Shown: positions 20,411-32,757, counted from the first letter of the stretch. The stretch is 64,000 nt of DNA from Alphaproteobacteria bacterium (GCA_965261735.1 OZ253470.1:1408001-1472000), one strand, 5' to 3'. Notes: generated from the sequence alone by a model not told the origin. Translations and numbers: made by a program.

Positions 20411-21595
20411 GTGCTGCGAAAACTGGCGATGGAGAACTTCTACTCTATCGCCGACCGCCAGGAGCTGGATTTTTCGGTCGCCCGCAACGCGACCGACCCT
20501 GACGGCCGATTCGCCCAGCCGATACCGTCGTCCCCGGAGCGCTACCCGAAGGTCATTGCTCTCTTCGGCGCCAACGCGTCGGGCAAGACCAACGTGCTAC
20601 GGCCAATCAACTTTCTGGTTCGATTCGCACGCGAGTCCGCCTCTTGGGGTCCGGACCAACAGCTTCCCTACCTGCCGTTCCTTAGCCAAGAATGGAACCA
20701 CAAGCCGACCTTTCTGAGCGTCGAACTCGACGGTGCGCTACTCGATTGGCCACAACGGGCTGCCTTCTACTACGAGCTGCAGATAACGGATGGGAGGCGC
20801 ACGATTGCGCGGGAAGACCTGTCCTATCGCCCCGCCGGCGGACGGCGGCGTTATCTATTCCGCCGGCGCAAAGATAAGGTCGATGCGGCGCCCGACTTCC
20901 GGCTTCCCAAGCGAGACCCCGTCAGAGGAAAAATAAGAAGCACCGCGAGCGTCATATCCACGTTGGCCCAATTCAATCATGATTTTTCCATGAAACTGTT
21001 TAAGGGCCTTGAGGCCATCCAAACGAACGTCGGGCCTCTCGACAAATTGGAGCTGCCACCTGAGATCGCGACCAACTACTATTCTAAAGATTCTGACGCC
21101 CTGGAAGGATTAGCCCGCATTATCGCAAAGTTCGACTTGGGAATCGAGCGCGTAACCGTGGAACAGACTAGTCAAGGTCAGCAGCCACGCTTTCACCACC
21201 CGGGCCTGGACATGCCAATCATGCTCGAAACCGAATCGCAGGGGACGCAGCGTATTTACAGCGAGTTTCCGCGCCTCTACTACGTGCTCAAGGTTGGCGG
21301 CGTTGCCGTCCTCGATGAGCTCGACAACGACATTCATTCCAACCTACTTCCCGAAATTGTTGGCCTATTCCAAGATTCGAAAACAAACCCGCACGCCGCC
21401 CAACTCGTCATGGCTAGTCACAATGCGACATTGCTTGAGCACTTGGTGAAGGAGGAAGTTTATTTCGCCGAGAAAGATGAAGCGGGCAAGACCCATCTAT
21501 ACGGCTTGGCCGACGTGAAGGGTGTGCGGCGTGATGAGAACATTTACGCCAAATACCTCGCCGGCGCCTACGGCGCGGTACCTCGTCCCGCGTGA
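20411..21595 (+). CDS. AAA_21/ABC-type ATPase (RloA/AbiLi-like)
   Basis: Walker A GANASGKTN, signature ESQGT, Walker B VAVLDELD, ASH, C-terminal YLAGAYGAVP; lower GC than the flanks. Confidence 0.88.
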   Translation: MLRKLAMENFYSIADRQELDFSVARNATDPDGRFAQPIPSSPERYPKVIALFGANASGKTNVLRPINFLVRFARESASWGPDQQLPYLPFLSQEWNHKPTFLSVELDGALLDWPQRAAFYYELQITDGRRTIAREDLSYRPAGGRRRYLFRRRKDKVDAAPDFRLPKRDPVRGKIRSTASVISTLAQFNHDFSMKLFKGLEAIQTNVGPLDKLELPPEIATNYYSKDSDALEGLARIIAKFDLGIERVTVEQTSQGQQPRFHHPGLDMPIMLETESQGTQRIYSEFPRLYYVLKVGGVAVLDELDNDIHSNLLPEIVGLFQDSKTNPHAAQLVMASHNATLLEHLVKEEVYFAEKDEAGKTHLYGLADVKGVRRDENIYAKYLAGAYGAVPRPA

Positions 21596-21601
21596 TTTTC
21601 G

Positions 21602-22168
21602 GTGCCGCGACGCGCGCCCCACATACCAAGAAAACGGGTCGTGTTTCTTGGCTGTGAGGGTCTGAGTGAACATGGATACGGAAACTGGCTCAACCGGCTC
21701 GCGGGCCGCCGCGGCGTTGCGGTAGCGATAAGAGCGGAAAACCTGCGCGGCGGAGACCCTTTGGACGTTGTAGAGAGCGCCGTCGGAAAGCTCCGGCAGG
21801 CCAGGCGCTCCGGAAGGAAGTACGACCATCGCGCCATTCTGCTCGACAACGACCTTCTCGGAAGTAACCCGACACGGGACAGTAGCGCTCGGCAGCTTGC
21901 GGCGAGCAATAACGTCCGGCTCATCTTTCAGAGTCCAACCCACGAAGGTTTCCTGGTTCGGCATTTTCCGGGTCAGGAAACACGACAACCCCCTAACGTG
22001 GCTGCCGCGGAGATTCTGTTGCGCTCGGTATGGCCCAACTACGAAAAAGGAATTGACGCCATCGGCTACGAGAAGACGCTCACCCTGGAGCACCTCAGGA
22101 GAGCGCGTATCGTGGAGCCCGAGTTCGACGCGTTTCTCACCTCGATCGGGTGGCCACGAGGCGCTTGA
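21602..22168 (+). CDS. RloB-like (AbiLii-like) TOPRIM-fold protein
   Basis: FLGCEGLSEHGY, LLDND, SPTHEGFLVRHF; 6 bp downstream of the ATPase. Confidence 0.8.
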   Translation: MPRRAPHIPRKRVVFLGCEGLSEHGYGNWLNRLAGRRGVAVAIRAENLRGGDPLDVVESAVGKLRQARRSGRKYDHRAILLDNDLLGSNPTRDSSARQLAASNNVRLIFQSPTHEGFLVRHFPGQETRQPPNVAAAEILLRSVWPNYEKGIDAIGYEKTLTLEHLRRARIVEPEFDAFLTSIGWPRGA

Positions 22169-22240
22169 TCCCTACCCTCGCCAACGATATCTCTGAGCCA
22201 TCGTCGCTCGTTTGACGATATCACAGGAGTGGATGCGAAA

Positions 22241-23263
22241 ATGGGTTATAGGGTTGCGGTGGTGGGGGCCACGGGGGCCGTGGGGCGCGAGATAATCAAT
22301 ATCCTCGCCGAGCGCGAGTTTCCCGCCGACGAGGTGGTCGCGCTCGCGTCGAGCCGCTCGCTCGGCAAGGAGGTCGGCCTGGGCGAGAAGACGCTCAAGG
22401 TGCGCACCCTCGAGGGCTTCGATTTCGCCGGCATCGACATCGCGCTGTTCGCCGCCGGCGGCGCCGTCGCGAAGGCCCAAGGTCCGCGGGCCGCCAAGGC
22501 CGGCGCGGTCGTCATCGACAACAGCTCGACCTTTCGCATGGAGCCCGACGTGCCGCTGGTGGTGCCGGAGGTCAATGCGCCCGCGCTCGCCAAATACGCC
22601 AAGCGCCGCATCATCGCCAACCCCAACTGTTCGACCGCGCAGCTCGTCGTCGCGCTCAAGCCGCTGCACGATGCCGCCAAGATCAAGCGCGTCGTGCTCG
22701 CCACCTACCAGTCGGTGTCGGGCGCCGGCAACGCGGCGATGGACGAGCTGTTCAGCCAGACCAAGGCGATCTTCGTCAGCGATCCGATCGCGCCGGACAA
22801 GTTCACCAAGCAGATCGCCTTCAATGTCATCCCCCATATCGACGTGTTCGAGAAGGACGGCGCGACCCGCGAGGAATCGAAGATCGTCAGGGAGACGAAG
22901 AAGATTCTCGATCCCGATATCAAGCTCAGCGTGACGTGCGTGCGGGTGCCCGTGTTCGTGGGCCATTCCGAGGCGGTCAACATCGAGTTCGCCAAGCCGC
23001 TCCGCGCCGCCGCGGCCCGCGAAATCCTGCGCCAGGCGCCCGGCGTGATGGTCGTCGACAAGCGTGAGGACGGCGGCTATGTGACGCCCGTCGATTGCGT
23101 CGGCGAGTACGCGACCTATGTCAGCCGCATTCGCGAGGATTCGAGCGTCAAGAATGGCCTCAGCCTGTGGGTGGTGTCGGACAACCTGCGCAAGGGGGCG
23201 GCGCTCAACGCGGTGCAGATCGCCGAAGCGCTCATCAACCGTTACCTCGAGAAGGCGGCCTGA
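22241..23263 (+). CDS. asd: Aspartate-semialdehyde dehydrogenase
   Basis: GATGAVG, ANPNCST, CVRVPVFVGHS, DNLRKGAALNAVQI. Confidence 0.98.
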   Translation: MGYRVAVVGATGAVGREIINILAEREFPADEVVALASSRSLGKEVGLGEKTLKVRTLEGFDFAGIDIALFAAGGAVAKAQGPRAAKAGAVVIDNSSTFRMEPDVPLVVPEVNAPALAKYAKRRIIANPNCSTAQLVVALKPLHDAAKIKRVVLATYQSVSGAGNAAMDELFSQTKAIFVSDPIAPDKFTKQIAFNVIPHIDVFEKDGATREESKIVRETKKILDPDIKLSVTCVRVPVFVGHSEAVNIEFAKPLRAAAAREILRQAPGVMVVDKREDGGYVTPVDCVGEYATYVSRIREDSSVKNGLSLWVVSDNLRKGAALNAVQIAEALINRYLEKAA

Positions 23264-23391
23264 GGCGCGCCCGCAGCCACTGCGGCTCACGCGAGAGTGA
23301 ACGCCGTTGATTGGTGTTTGCGCCGACGCCGGCTGACAATGGCGCCGCGTCGGGCTCGCCAGGGGCGGGCTTGCAGCGGGAGTGAACGAGG

Positions 23392-23811
23392 ATGTTGAGA
23401 CTTCTCCTGGCCACCGTGCTAGCTGCGTCGCTGGCCACGGGCACCAGTGCCGCGCCCAAGCGCATCACGGTCACCGGCGAAATCATCGATACCTGGTGCT
23501 ACGTCACCGAGATCATGTTCGCGCTCGGCACGGCGCACCACCAATGCGCGGTGTGGTGCGCGGTCGGCGGTATCCCGGTCAGCATTCGTGACGCCGACGA
23601 CAATGTTTATCTCGTGCTCAAGGTCGAGGATGACGACACCAACGTCGCCAACCCGCGCATCATCAAGATCCAGACCCATCAGGTGAGCGTCGATGGCGAC
23701 CTCTACGAGCGCGACGGGGTGAAGTACCTGATCGTCACGAAGGTTGCCGACGACCAGGGCATCGTCAACCTCACCCACGAGGAATACGGCATTCAGCCGT
23801 TCGGAGACTGA
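23392..23811 (+). CDS. Exported Cys/His-motif hypothetical protein
   Basis: Signal peptide; GEIIDTWCY...GTAHHQCAVWCAVGGIP. Confidence 0.85.
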   Translation: MLRLLLATVLAASLATGTSAAPKRITVTGEIIDTWCYVTEIMFALGTAHHQCAVWCAVGGIPVSIRDADDNVYLVLKVEDDDTNVANPRIIKIQTHQVSVDGDLYERDGVKYLIVTKVADDQGIVNLTHEEYGIQPFGD

Positions 23812-23814
23812 GCC

Positions 23815-24336
23815 ATGCGCCTTATCGCAAGCCTGCTCGCCTTCGCACTCCTTTCCGGCCCGGCCCTCGCCGCCGACAGTTGGGACATCGAGCACGAATC
23901 CAAGGCGCGCTTCGAGGCCAAGGTCGTCGACATCCTGTGCGAGCTCACCGGCGACTGCCCGGCCGACTGCGGCGCCGGCAAGCGTCAGCTCGGGCTCTTG
24001 CGCGACGACGGCAAGCTGGTCGTTGCGGTCAAGAATTACGATCCCTTCGCCGGCGCCGTGAACGACTTAGTGAGCTTCTGCGGCAAGCGGGTCGTGGCCG
24101 ATGGACTGATGATCGACGACCCGCAGATGCCGGTGTTCGCCCTGCAGTTCAAACGCCTGGCGCCCGACGGCAAGTGGAGCCGCGCCAACTGGTTTGGCAA
24201 GGATTGGGCGCGCAACCACCACCTCGACGCCGGCGATGCGATGGCCGGCCAGTGGTTCCGCCATGACGAAACGGTCAAGACACTGATCGAGGCGGACGGG
24301 GTGTTCGGCATCCCCGGTCTCAAGGCCGAAGAGTAG
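23815..24336 (+). CDS. Exported Cys-motif hypothetical protein
   Basis: Signal peptide ending ALA; KVVDILCELTGDCPADCGAG. Confidence 0.85.
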   Translation: MRLIASLLAFALLSGPALAADSWDIEHESKARFEAKVVDILCELTGDCPADCGAGKRQLGLLRDDGKLVVAVKNYDPFAGAVNDLVSFCGKRVVADGLMIDDPQMPVFALQFKRLAPDGKWSRANWFGKDWARNHHLDAGDAMAGQWFRHDETVKTLIEADGVFGIPGLKAEE

Positions 24337-24357
24337 GTCCGCCTCCGGGCGGATTCG

Positions 24358-24963
24358 ATGCTCCGACCCCTCTTGCCGCTCGCCCTGGTAGCCGCGATGG
24401 TGGCCACCCTGACCGGCGGCGCCCCGGCCCACGCGGCAGCGCCGCCGCCGCCGCTACCCGCATCGCTCGGGCCGATCAGCTTCGGCGGCCCCTTCACGCT
24501 CGTCGATCATACCGGGGCGCCGCGGACCGACCGCGACTTCCACGGCCGATTCATGCTGGTGTTCTTCGGCTACACCAACTGCCCCGACATCTGCCCCACC
24601 GGGCTCACCACGATGGCCGCCGCGCTCGATGCGCTCGGCGCCCGTGCGGCTCAGGTTCAGCCGCTATTCATCACCGTCGATCCCGAGCGCGACACGGAAG
24701 TCCTGGCCGACTATGTCGCCCACTTCCACCCCCGGCTCGTCGGCCTCAGCGGAAGCCAAGCGCAAGTGGGCGCCGCCGTGCGCGCCTACCGGGTGCACCG
24801 CGGCAAGGTGGTGACCTCCGCGGACGCGGGCGCCGACGACTATCTCGTCACGCACTCCTCGCTCACCTTCCTGATGGACCCGGACGGCGCCTTCCTCACC
24901 CTATTCCCGCACGGCACGACGGCACCCGCCATGGCCACCGCCATCGGTAATTACTTGCACTGA
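24358..24963 (+). CDS. SCO1/SenC family copper chaperone
   Basis: GGPFTLVDH, FFGYTNCPDICP, TVDPERDT, YLVTHS. Confidence 0.95.
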   Translation: MLRPLLPLALVAAMVATLTGGAPAHAAAPPPPLPASLGPISFGGPFTLVDHTGAPRTDRDFHGRFMLVFFGYTNCPDICPTGLTTMAAALDALGARAAQVQPLFITVDPERDTEVLADYVAHFHPRLVGLSGSQAQVGAAVRAYRVHRGKVVTSADAGADDYLVTHSSLTFLMDPDGAFLTLFPHGTTAPAMATAIGNYLH

Positions 24964-24968
24964 CGCGC

Positions 24969-25820
24969 CTAGCCGACGCGCTCGGCCGTGAAGCGCCGGG
25001 TTAGCGCAACGATCTCCTCCTGGGCATCGACGATGGCGAGCTCCCTGCCACCGCCTGCGACGCTCGCAGCGAGCACGCCGTAGGTGCCCGAGACCGCGCG
25101 CGATAGCGCATCCGCGACCTCGTGGTGCACCAGGTAGTTGCCGAGAAACAGCGCGGCGAAGAGGTCGCCGGCGCCGTAGAGCTCGCCGTCGAGCCGGGGC
25201 GTCCTCACGCGCCAGGCGCCGCGTCCGCTCACGGCCAGCGTATCGAGGGCGCCGGGCGCGTGGTCCCCGGGCTCCAGCGAGGTGACGACGACGAGGCCGG
25301 GTCCGGCGGCGCGAACCGCCTGGCACGCGGCGAGTGCGTCCTCGAGGCCCTCGATGCGCCGGCCGCTGAGGTACTCGAGCTCGACCTGGTTGGGCGTCAC
25401 GATATCGGCTGCCGGCACCGCCTCGGCGCGCATGAATTCGGCGATCTCGCGGGCGACGAAAAAGCCCTGCCCCTCATGGGCCATGACCGGATCGCAGCAA
25501 TAGAGCGCGCTCACGCTCGAGCTGCGCACATGGGCGACCGCATCGAGGACGACGGCGCCCTGGCCGCCCGAGCCGAGATAGCCCGACAGCATCGCATCGC
25601 ACGCCGCCAGCGCGCCGCGCGCGGCGACGCCGGTAATGAGCGCCGCCAGCTCCGCGTCCTCGGCCACGCGGCCCTCGAAGCTCCCGTAGGCGGGGTGGTT
25701 CGAGTAGGCGACGGTGGCGACCGGCCATACCTCGTGGCCGAGCCGCCACAGCGGCAGCAGGCCGGCGCCGAGGCCGACATGGCCGTAGGCGACGTGGGAC
25801 TGGATGGCGAGGATGTTCAC
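24969..25820 (-). CDS. pdxY: Pyridoxal kinase PdxY
   Basis: ILAIQSHVAYGHVG, CCDPVM, TPNQVEL, GAGDLF. Confidence 0.92.
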   Translation of the reverse strand: MNILAIQSHVAYGHVGLGAGLLPLWRLGHEVWPVATVAYSNHPAYGSFEGRVAEDAELAALITGVAARGALAACDAMLSGYLGSGGQGAVVLDAVAHVRSSSVSALYCCDPVMAHEGQGFFVAREIAEFMRAEAVPAADIVTPNQVELEYLSGRRIEGLEDALAACQAVRAAGPGLVVVTSLEPGDHAPGALDTLAVSGRGAWRVRTPRLDGELYGAGDLFAALFLGNYLVHHEVADALSRAVSGTYGVLAASVAGGGRELAIVDAQEEIVALTRRFTAERVG

Positions 25821-27067
25821 GGTTGCCGGCCGGCGTCGCGGCCGAGGATCAGGCGCAGGAGCACCGGCGTCATCAGCGTGGTGAGGACGGCCATCAGCAC
25901 CAGCGCGGAGAACAGGTGCGCGACGATCGGATCGCCCTGGTCGGCGCGCGCGAACAGGCCGGCTTCATAGGCGATGCTGATGACCACCAGCTCGACCGCG
26001 CCGCGCGCGTTCATGCCGACCCCGACGCAGAGCGCGTCGCGCCCGCTGAGGCCGGCCCAGCGCGCGGGCAAACCGGCGCCCACCACCTTGCCGATAAACG
26101 CCACGCCGATCAGCGATGCTACGAAGACCGGTACCGCGATCACCGCATCGAGCTCGACCCTGAGCCCGATAGAGGCGAAGAACAGCGGCCCTAGGAAGCC
26201 GCCGGTGATGCCCGTGACGAGCAGCTTCATCTCGTTGTAGGCCAGAGCGCCGACCCGCGACGGCTCGAAATACAGGCCCGCCATGAAGGCTCCGATGATC
26301 CAGTGCATGCCGAGGAGCTCGGCCAGCAGCCCGTAGGCGAGCGCTACCGCCATCAGGGTGCTGAACTCGAGCGTCGCCACCTGCAGTGCCCGGATGCGGC
26401 GGCTGACATGCGGATAGACATGGACGCCGAGGGTAACGGTGATGGCGAAGAAGAGCGCCGCCTTGCCCAGCATCAGGGCCAGGCTCGCCGTGTCCGGCAC
26501 GCCGCCGGTCGCGATCACCGAGGTGAGCACCGCGAGCAGGAACAGGCCGAGGACGTCGTCGATGACGGCCGCCGCGACGACCGTTTCACCGACGGCCGTA
26601 TGTAGCAGGCTGAACTCGGTCAGTATCTTCACCGACTCGGGGATGGCGGAGATCGACAGGGTAACGCCGACGAGTAGGACCAGCACCAGCTTGGCCGGCG
26701 ACTCCGGAAGCACCAGCCACGCCAGCGCCGCGCCGGCGGCCAGCGGCACCGCCACGCCGCCGCAGGCGACGGCCAGTGTACGCCCGGACCGCTGGGCGAT
26801 TTCCGCGGGCTTCATTTCGACGCCGGCGAGGAGCACGAGGAAGAAGATGCCGGCGTCGGCGACGTGCTCGAGCCACGGGCTGGCGGCGATGCCGCCGAAC
26901 AACGGGCCGACGAACGGCGCGCTGGCGAGGCCGAGGCCGAGAAGGGCGGCAAGTGCGATGCCGGCGGTGATTTCACCGGCGGCGGCCGGCAGATGGAGTC
27001 GCGCGGCGATACTGCCGAGCGCTCGCGTCAGCACCAGGAGCAGCAGCAGTCCGGCTATGACCTCCAA
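25817..27067 (-). CDS. Cation:proton antiporter (CPA2/Kef-like)
   Basis: About 12 TM segments; AAVIDDVLGL, PLFFASIG, GMNARGAVEL. Confidence 0.9.
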   Translation of the reverse strand: MEVIAGLLLLLVLTRALGSIAARLHLPAAAGEITAGIALAALLGLGLASAPFVGPLFGGIAASPWLEHVADAGIFFLVLLAGVEMKPAEIAQRSGRTLAVACGGVAVPLAAGAALAWLVLPESPAKLVLVLLVGVTLSISAIPESVKILTEFSLLHTAVGETVVAAAVIDDVLGLFLLAVLTSVIATGGVPDTASLALMLGKAALFFAITVTLGVHVYPHVSRRIRALQVATLEFSTLMAVALAYGLLAELLGMHWIIGAFMAGLYFEPSRVGALAYNEMKLLVTGITGGFLGPLFFASIGLRVELDAVIAVPVFVASLIGVAFIGKVVGAGLPARWAGLSGRDALCVGVGMNARGAVELVVISIAYEAGLFARADQGDPIVAHLFSALVLMAVLTTLMTPVLLRLILGRDAGRQP

Positions 27068-27244
27068 ATCGCCTCCTCCCCTGGGTGCGCCCCGCGGGCC
27101 GGCGCTAGTCTAGCGCACGCACGGCGCGCGGTTGCGCGCGCATACAGGGGCGTGCGTTGACTTGCGCGGGTTCCCGGTCTTAAATCGGGACCACTTCGGG
27201 GGCGGGACCGGGATCGCGGTTGCCCCCTGATCACGAGGGGGGAC

Positions 27245-27640
27245 ATGACCGTGGTCAATCGGCCGCTGTCGCCACACCTGCAGGTCTATCGGCCGCAGCT
27301 CACGTCGATGCTGTCGATACTGCACCGGCTTACCGGACTCGCGCTCGGGGTCGGTACGCTGCTCCTGACCTGGTGGCTCGTCGCCGCCGCAGCCGGCCCG
27401 GAAGCCTTTGCCAGCGCGCAATCGTTCCTCGCCTCCTGGCTCGGGCGCCTCGTCCTTCTCGGCTTCAGCTACTCGCTCTTCTATCACCTGCTCAACGGCA
27501 TCCGGCACCTGATGTGGGACATGGGGCGCGGCTTCGAGCTCAAGGCCGTGCATGCCTCGGGCTGGGCCGTCGTCGGGCTGTCGCTGGTGCTCACGCTGCT
27601 CGCTTGGATCCTGGCCTATGCCGTACGAGGTGGAGCATGA
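27245..27640 (+). CDS. sdhC: Succinate dehydrogenase cytochrome b556 subunit
   Basis: RPLSPHLQVY, SILHRLTG, HLLNGIRHL. Confidence 0.97.
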   Translation: MTVVNRPLSPHLQVYRPQLTSMLSILHRLTGLALGVGTLLLTWWLVAAAAGPEAFASAQSFLASWLGRLVLLGFSYSLFYHLLNGIRHLMWDMGRGFELKAVHASGWAVVGLSLVLTLLAWILAYAVRGGA

Positions 27641-28017
27641 GCCTGCGCACCCCCTTGGGTCGCGTGCGCGGCCTCGGTTCGGCGAACGCCGGCACCGGAC
27701 ATTGGTGGCACCAGCGCCTCACCGCTCTGGCCCTGATTCCCCTGGCGCTGTGGTTCGTGGTCTCGCTCATCTGGATTACCGGCGCCGATCACGCGACCGC
27801 CGCAGCCTGGCTCGGCTCGCCGGTGGTCGCCGCCCTGACGATCCTGCTTGTCGGCGCCACGTTCTATCACCTCAAGCTCGGGGTTCAGGTGGTGATCGAG
27901 GACTACGTCCACGGCGAGGTCGCGAAAGTGGCTTCGATCATCATCATGACGGCGGCCTGCATCGTACTGGCGCTCGCCGCCATCCTCGCCGTGCTGCGGC
28001 TGTGGCTGGGAGTTTGA
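27637..28017 (+). CDS. sdhD: Succinate dehydrogenase membrane anchor
   Basis: [26 protein letters not shown]; ATGA overlap with sdhC. Confidence 0.96.
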   Translation: MSLRTPLGRVRGLGSANAGTGHWWHQRLTALALIPLALWFVVSLIWITGADHATAAAWLGSPVVAALTILLVGATFYHLKLGVQVVIEDYVHGEVAKVASIIIMTAACIVLALAAILAVLRLWLGV

Positions 28018-28021
28018 CGGC

Positions 28022-29806
28022 ATGAGCGAGGCCTACCCGATCACCGATCACACGTATGACGTCGTCGTGGTCGGCGCCGGCGGCGCGGGCCTGCGTGCCT
28101 GCCTCGGCATCGCCGAGGCGGGCCTGAAGGTCGCGTGCATGAGCAAGGTGTTCCCGACGCGCAGCCACACGGTCGCGGCCCAGGGCGGCATCTCGGCCGC
28201 GCTCGGCAACATGGGCCCGGACGACTGGCGCTGGCACATGTACGACACGGTCAAGGGCTCGGACTGGCTCGGCGATCAGGACGCCATCGAGTACATGTGC
28301 CGCGAGGGTCCGGCGGCGGTGATCGAGCTCGAGCACTACGGCGTGCCCTTCTCGCGCACCGAGGAAGGCAAGATCTACCAGCGCGCCTTTGGCGGCATGA
28401 GCACCAATTACGGTGAAGGCACCGCGCAGCGCACCTGTGCCGCCGCCGACCGCACCGGCCACGCCATCCTGCACTCGCTCTACCAGCAGTCGCTCAAGCA
28501 CCAGACCGATTTTTTCATCGAGTATTTCGCGCTCGACCTGATCATGGAGGACGGCGCCTGCCGCGGCGTCATCGCGTGGTGCCTCGACGACGGCTCGATC
28601 CACCGCTTCCGCGCGCACACGGTGATCCTCGCCACCGGGGGCTACGGGCGCACCTACTTCTCCTGCACCTCGGCCCACACCTGCACCGGCGACGGCAACG
28701 CCATGGTCTTGCGCGCGGGGCTGCCGCTCCAGGACATGGAGTTCGTGCAGTTTCACCCGACCGGCGTCTACGGCGCCGGCGTGCTCATTTCCGAGGGTGT
28801 GCGCGGCGAGGGCGGCTATCTCGTCAACGGCGAGGGCGAACGCTTCATGGAGCGCTACGCGCCGAGCGCCAAAGACCTCGCCTCGCGCGACGTGGTCAGC
28901 CGCTCGATCACCATCGAGCTGCGCGAGGGGCGCGGCTGCGGCCCCGACAAGGACTATGTGCTGCTGCGCCTCGACCACCTCGATCCGGCGATCGTCGAGG
29001 AGCGCCTGCCGGGGATCTCCGAGAGCGCCAAGATCTTTGCCGGTGTCGATGTGGCCAAGGAGCCGATCCCGGTCGTGCCGACCGTGCACTACAACATGGG
29101 CGGCATCCCCACCAACTACCACGGCGAGGTGATCGCGCCGCGCGACGGCGACGCGGAAGCGGTGGTGCCGGGCCTCATGGCCCTCGGCGAGGCGGCCTGC
29201 GTCTCGGTCCACGGCGCCAACCGCCTGGGCTCGAACTCGCTCCTCGACCTCGTGGTCTTCGGGCGCGCGGCGGCGCATCGTACGGCCGAGGTCGTCGCGC
29301 CCAACCAGACCCACAGGCCGCTGCCGGCGGGCGCCGGCGAGGACGCGCTTGCCCGGCTCGATGCGTGCCGTCACGCCGACGGCGGCCGGCCAACGGCGCA
29401 GATCCGCCTCGACATGCAGCGCACGATGCAGACCCACTGCCCGGTGTTCCGAACGAGCGAGGCCCTGCAGGAGGGCGTCGCGCGCATGGCCGAGGTGTGG
29501 GAATCGCTGGGCGACGTCAAGGTGAACGACCGCTCCATGGTATGGAACTCCGATCTCGTCGAGACGCTCGAGCTCGACAACCTCCTGCGCCAGGCGGTGG
29601 TGACCATCCACGCCGCCAGCAACCGCGAGGAGAGCCGGGGCAGCCATGCGCGCGAGGACTTCCCCGACCGCGACGACGAGAACTGGATGAAGCACACCCT
29701 GGTGTGGCACGACGAGGGCGGTGTACGTCTCGATTACCGGCCGGTGCACGCCCACACCCTGACCGACCAGGTGCAGTATTTCCCGCCCAAGGCGCGCGTC
29801 TACTGA
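28022..29806 (+). CDS. sdhA: Succinate dehydrogenase flavoprotein
   Basis: [33 protein letters not shown]. Confidence 0.98.
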   Translation: MSEAYPITDHTYDVVVVGAGGAGLRACLGIAEAGLKVACMSKVFPTRSHTVAAQGGISAALGNMGPDDWRWHMYDTVKGSDWLGDQDAIEYMCREGPAAVIELEHYGVPFSRTEEGKIYQRAFGGMSTNYGEGTAQRTCAAADRTGHAILHSLYQQSLKHQTDFFIEYFALDLIMEDGACRGVIAWCLDDGSIHRFRAHTVILATGGYGRTYFSCTSAHTCTGDGNAMVLRAGLPLQDMEFVQFHPTGVYGAGVLISEGVRGEGGYLVNGEGERFMERYAPSAKDLASRDVVSRSITIELREGRGCGPDKDYVLLRLDHLDPAIVEERLPGISESAKIFAGVDVAKEPIPVVPTVHYNMGGIPTNYHGEVIAPRDGDAEAVVPGLMALGEAACVSVHGANRLGSNSLLDLVVFGRAAAHRTAEVVAPNQTHRPLPAGAGEDALARLDACRHADGGRPTAQIRLDMQRTMQTHCPVFRTSEALQEGVARMAEVWESLGDVKVNDRSMVWNSDLVETLELDNLLRQAVVTIHAASNREESRGSHAREDFPDRDDENWMKHTLVWHDEGGVRLDYRPVHAHTLTDQVQYFPPKARVY

Positions 29807-29845
29807 GCGCGACGCCCACGGCAAGCAGCATCGGAACCACGATCC

Positions 29846-30622
29846 ATGGCTGAATTCATGCTGCCGGCGAATTCGAAGATCGGCTCCGGCACGACCCACA
29901 AGGCGCCGGCCGGCGCGACCCGAACCCGCACCTTCAAGGTCTATCGCTGGAACCAGGACGACGGCCGCAAGCCGCAGGTCGACAATTTCGAGGTCGATCT
30001 CGACACCTGCGGGCCGATGGTGCTCGACGCGCTGATCAAGATCAAGAACGAGGTCGACTCCACGCTCACCTTCCGGCGCTCGTGCCGCGAGGGCGTGTGC
30101 GGGAGCTGCGCGATGAACGTCGACGGCACCAACACGCTCGCCTGCACCAAGGCGATCGACGACGTCAAAGGCGCGGTCAAGGTCTATCCCCTGCCGCATC
30201 TACCGGTGGTCAAGGATCTCGTGCCCGACATGACGACCTTCTACGCCCAGTACGAGGCGATCCAGCCGTGGATGCGCACGCAGACGCCGGCGCCGGCGGC
30301 GGAACGCCTGCAGTCGCGCGACGAACGGGCCGAGCTCGACGGCCTGTGGGAGTGCATTCTGTGCGCGTGCTGCTCGACGAGCTGCCCGAGCTACTGGTGG
30401 AACGGCGATCGCTACCTCGGCCCGGCGATCCTACTCCAGGCCCACCGTTGGCTCGTGGACAGCCGCGACGAAACCACTGGCGAACGGCTCGATGCGCTCG
30501 AGGACCCCTTCCGCCTCTATCGCTGCCACACCATCATGAACTGCACCGAGGCCTGCCCCAAGGGCCTCAATCCGGCCAAGGCCATCGCCGAAACCAAGAA
30601 GATGATGCTCGAGCGCCAGTAG
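29846..30622 (+). CDS. sdhB: Succinate dehydrogenase iron-sulfur subunit
   Basis: [34 protein letters not shown]. Confidence 0.98.
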   Translation: MAEFMLPANSKIGSGTTHKAPAGATRTRTFKVYRWNQDDGRKPQVDNFEVDLDTCGPMVLDALIKIKNEVDSTLTFRRSCREGVCGSCAMNVDGTNTLACTKAIDDVKGAVKVYPLPHLPVVKDLVPDMTTFYAQYEAIQPWMRTQTPAPAAERLQSRDERAELDGLWECILCACCSTSCPSYWWNGDRYLGPAILLQAHRWLVDSRDETTGERLDALEDPFRLYRCHTIMNCTEACPKGLNPAKAIAETKKMMLERQ

Positions 30623-30805
30623 GCGCGGCGGCGGGGCCACCGCTGGCGCCGCACTTCGGCCGCCCGCCTTTCCCTTCAGACTCTCCCCACGAGGTGGGCA
30701 ATCCGGCGCGTGGCTGTGCGGCGCGTACAGGAAGCGCTTTGCCGCCGCCTTGCCGTCGCGGAACGTGCGGCCTAGGCTCGCGGCAAGCGTCCACGGGATA
30801 GAGCC

Positions 30806-32299
<1,494 letters not shown>

Positions 32300-32309
32300 G
32301 GCCGCCGGT

Positions 32310-32692
32310 CTAGTTGTCGACAAAGGCGGGCCGTCCGGGCGGCAGGGTGGGAGCGCCGTAGGAGACGAGGCTCACCAGCCCCTTGAAGTCCGTGGCCGGC
32401 GAGCCCGGTATTTCGCAGAACTTGCGGTCGCTGCGCAGCGCACCCTGGATCAACCGGCAGTCGAGCCCGGTCACGCTGTCGAGCGCGTATTCGGTGAGCC
32501 CTTGCCTGACAAGAGGGCAGCCGAAACCGATGCGCCTGAGAAAATCTCGTTCAGGCCGAATCCCCCGAGCACCGGCAGAGCACAATCACCGGTAGCAAGC
32601 GAGAGGGTCAGCGCCGTAAGCACACCGCGCGTGGTGTGCCGAAAACTCCCGCGGCCGCGCTGCCCTCCCCATGGCTCGAGGGGAGGCCCCAT
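32310..32692 (-). pseudogene. Small putative lipoprotein or exported protein split by a 1-bp frameshift
   Basis: The frame VLTALTLSLATGDCALP...LLSGKG joins LTEYALDSVTGLDCRLIQGALRSDRKFCE if one base is added to the run at 32499-32501. Start uncertain. Confidence 0.55.
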
Positions 32693-32757
32693 TCAGCATT
32701 CATGCTAGGGGATCGGACGGCCCGCGCAAGCAAATCCTGTGGGGGCCCGGGACGCCG

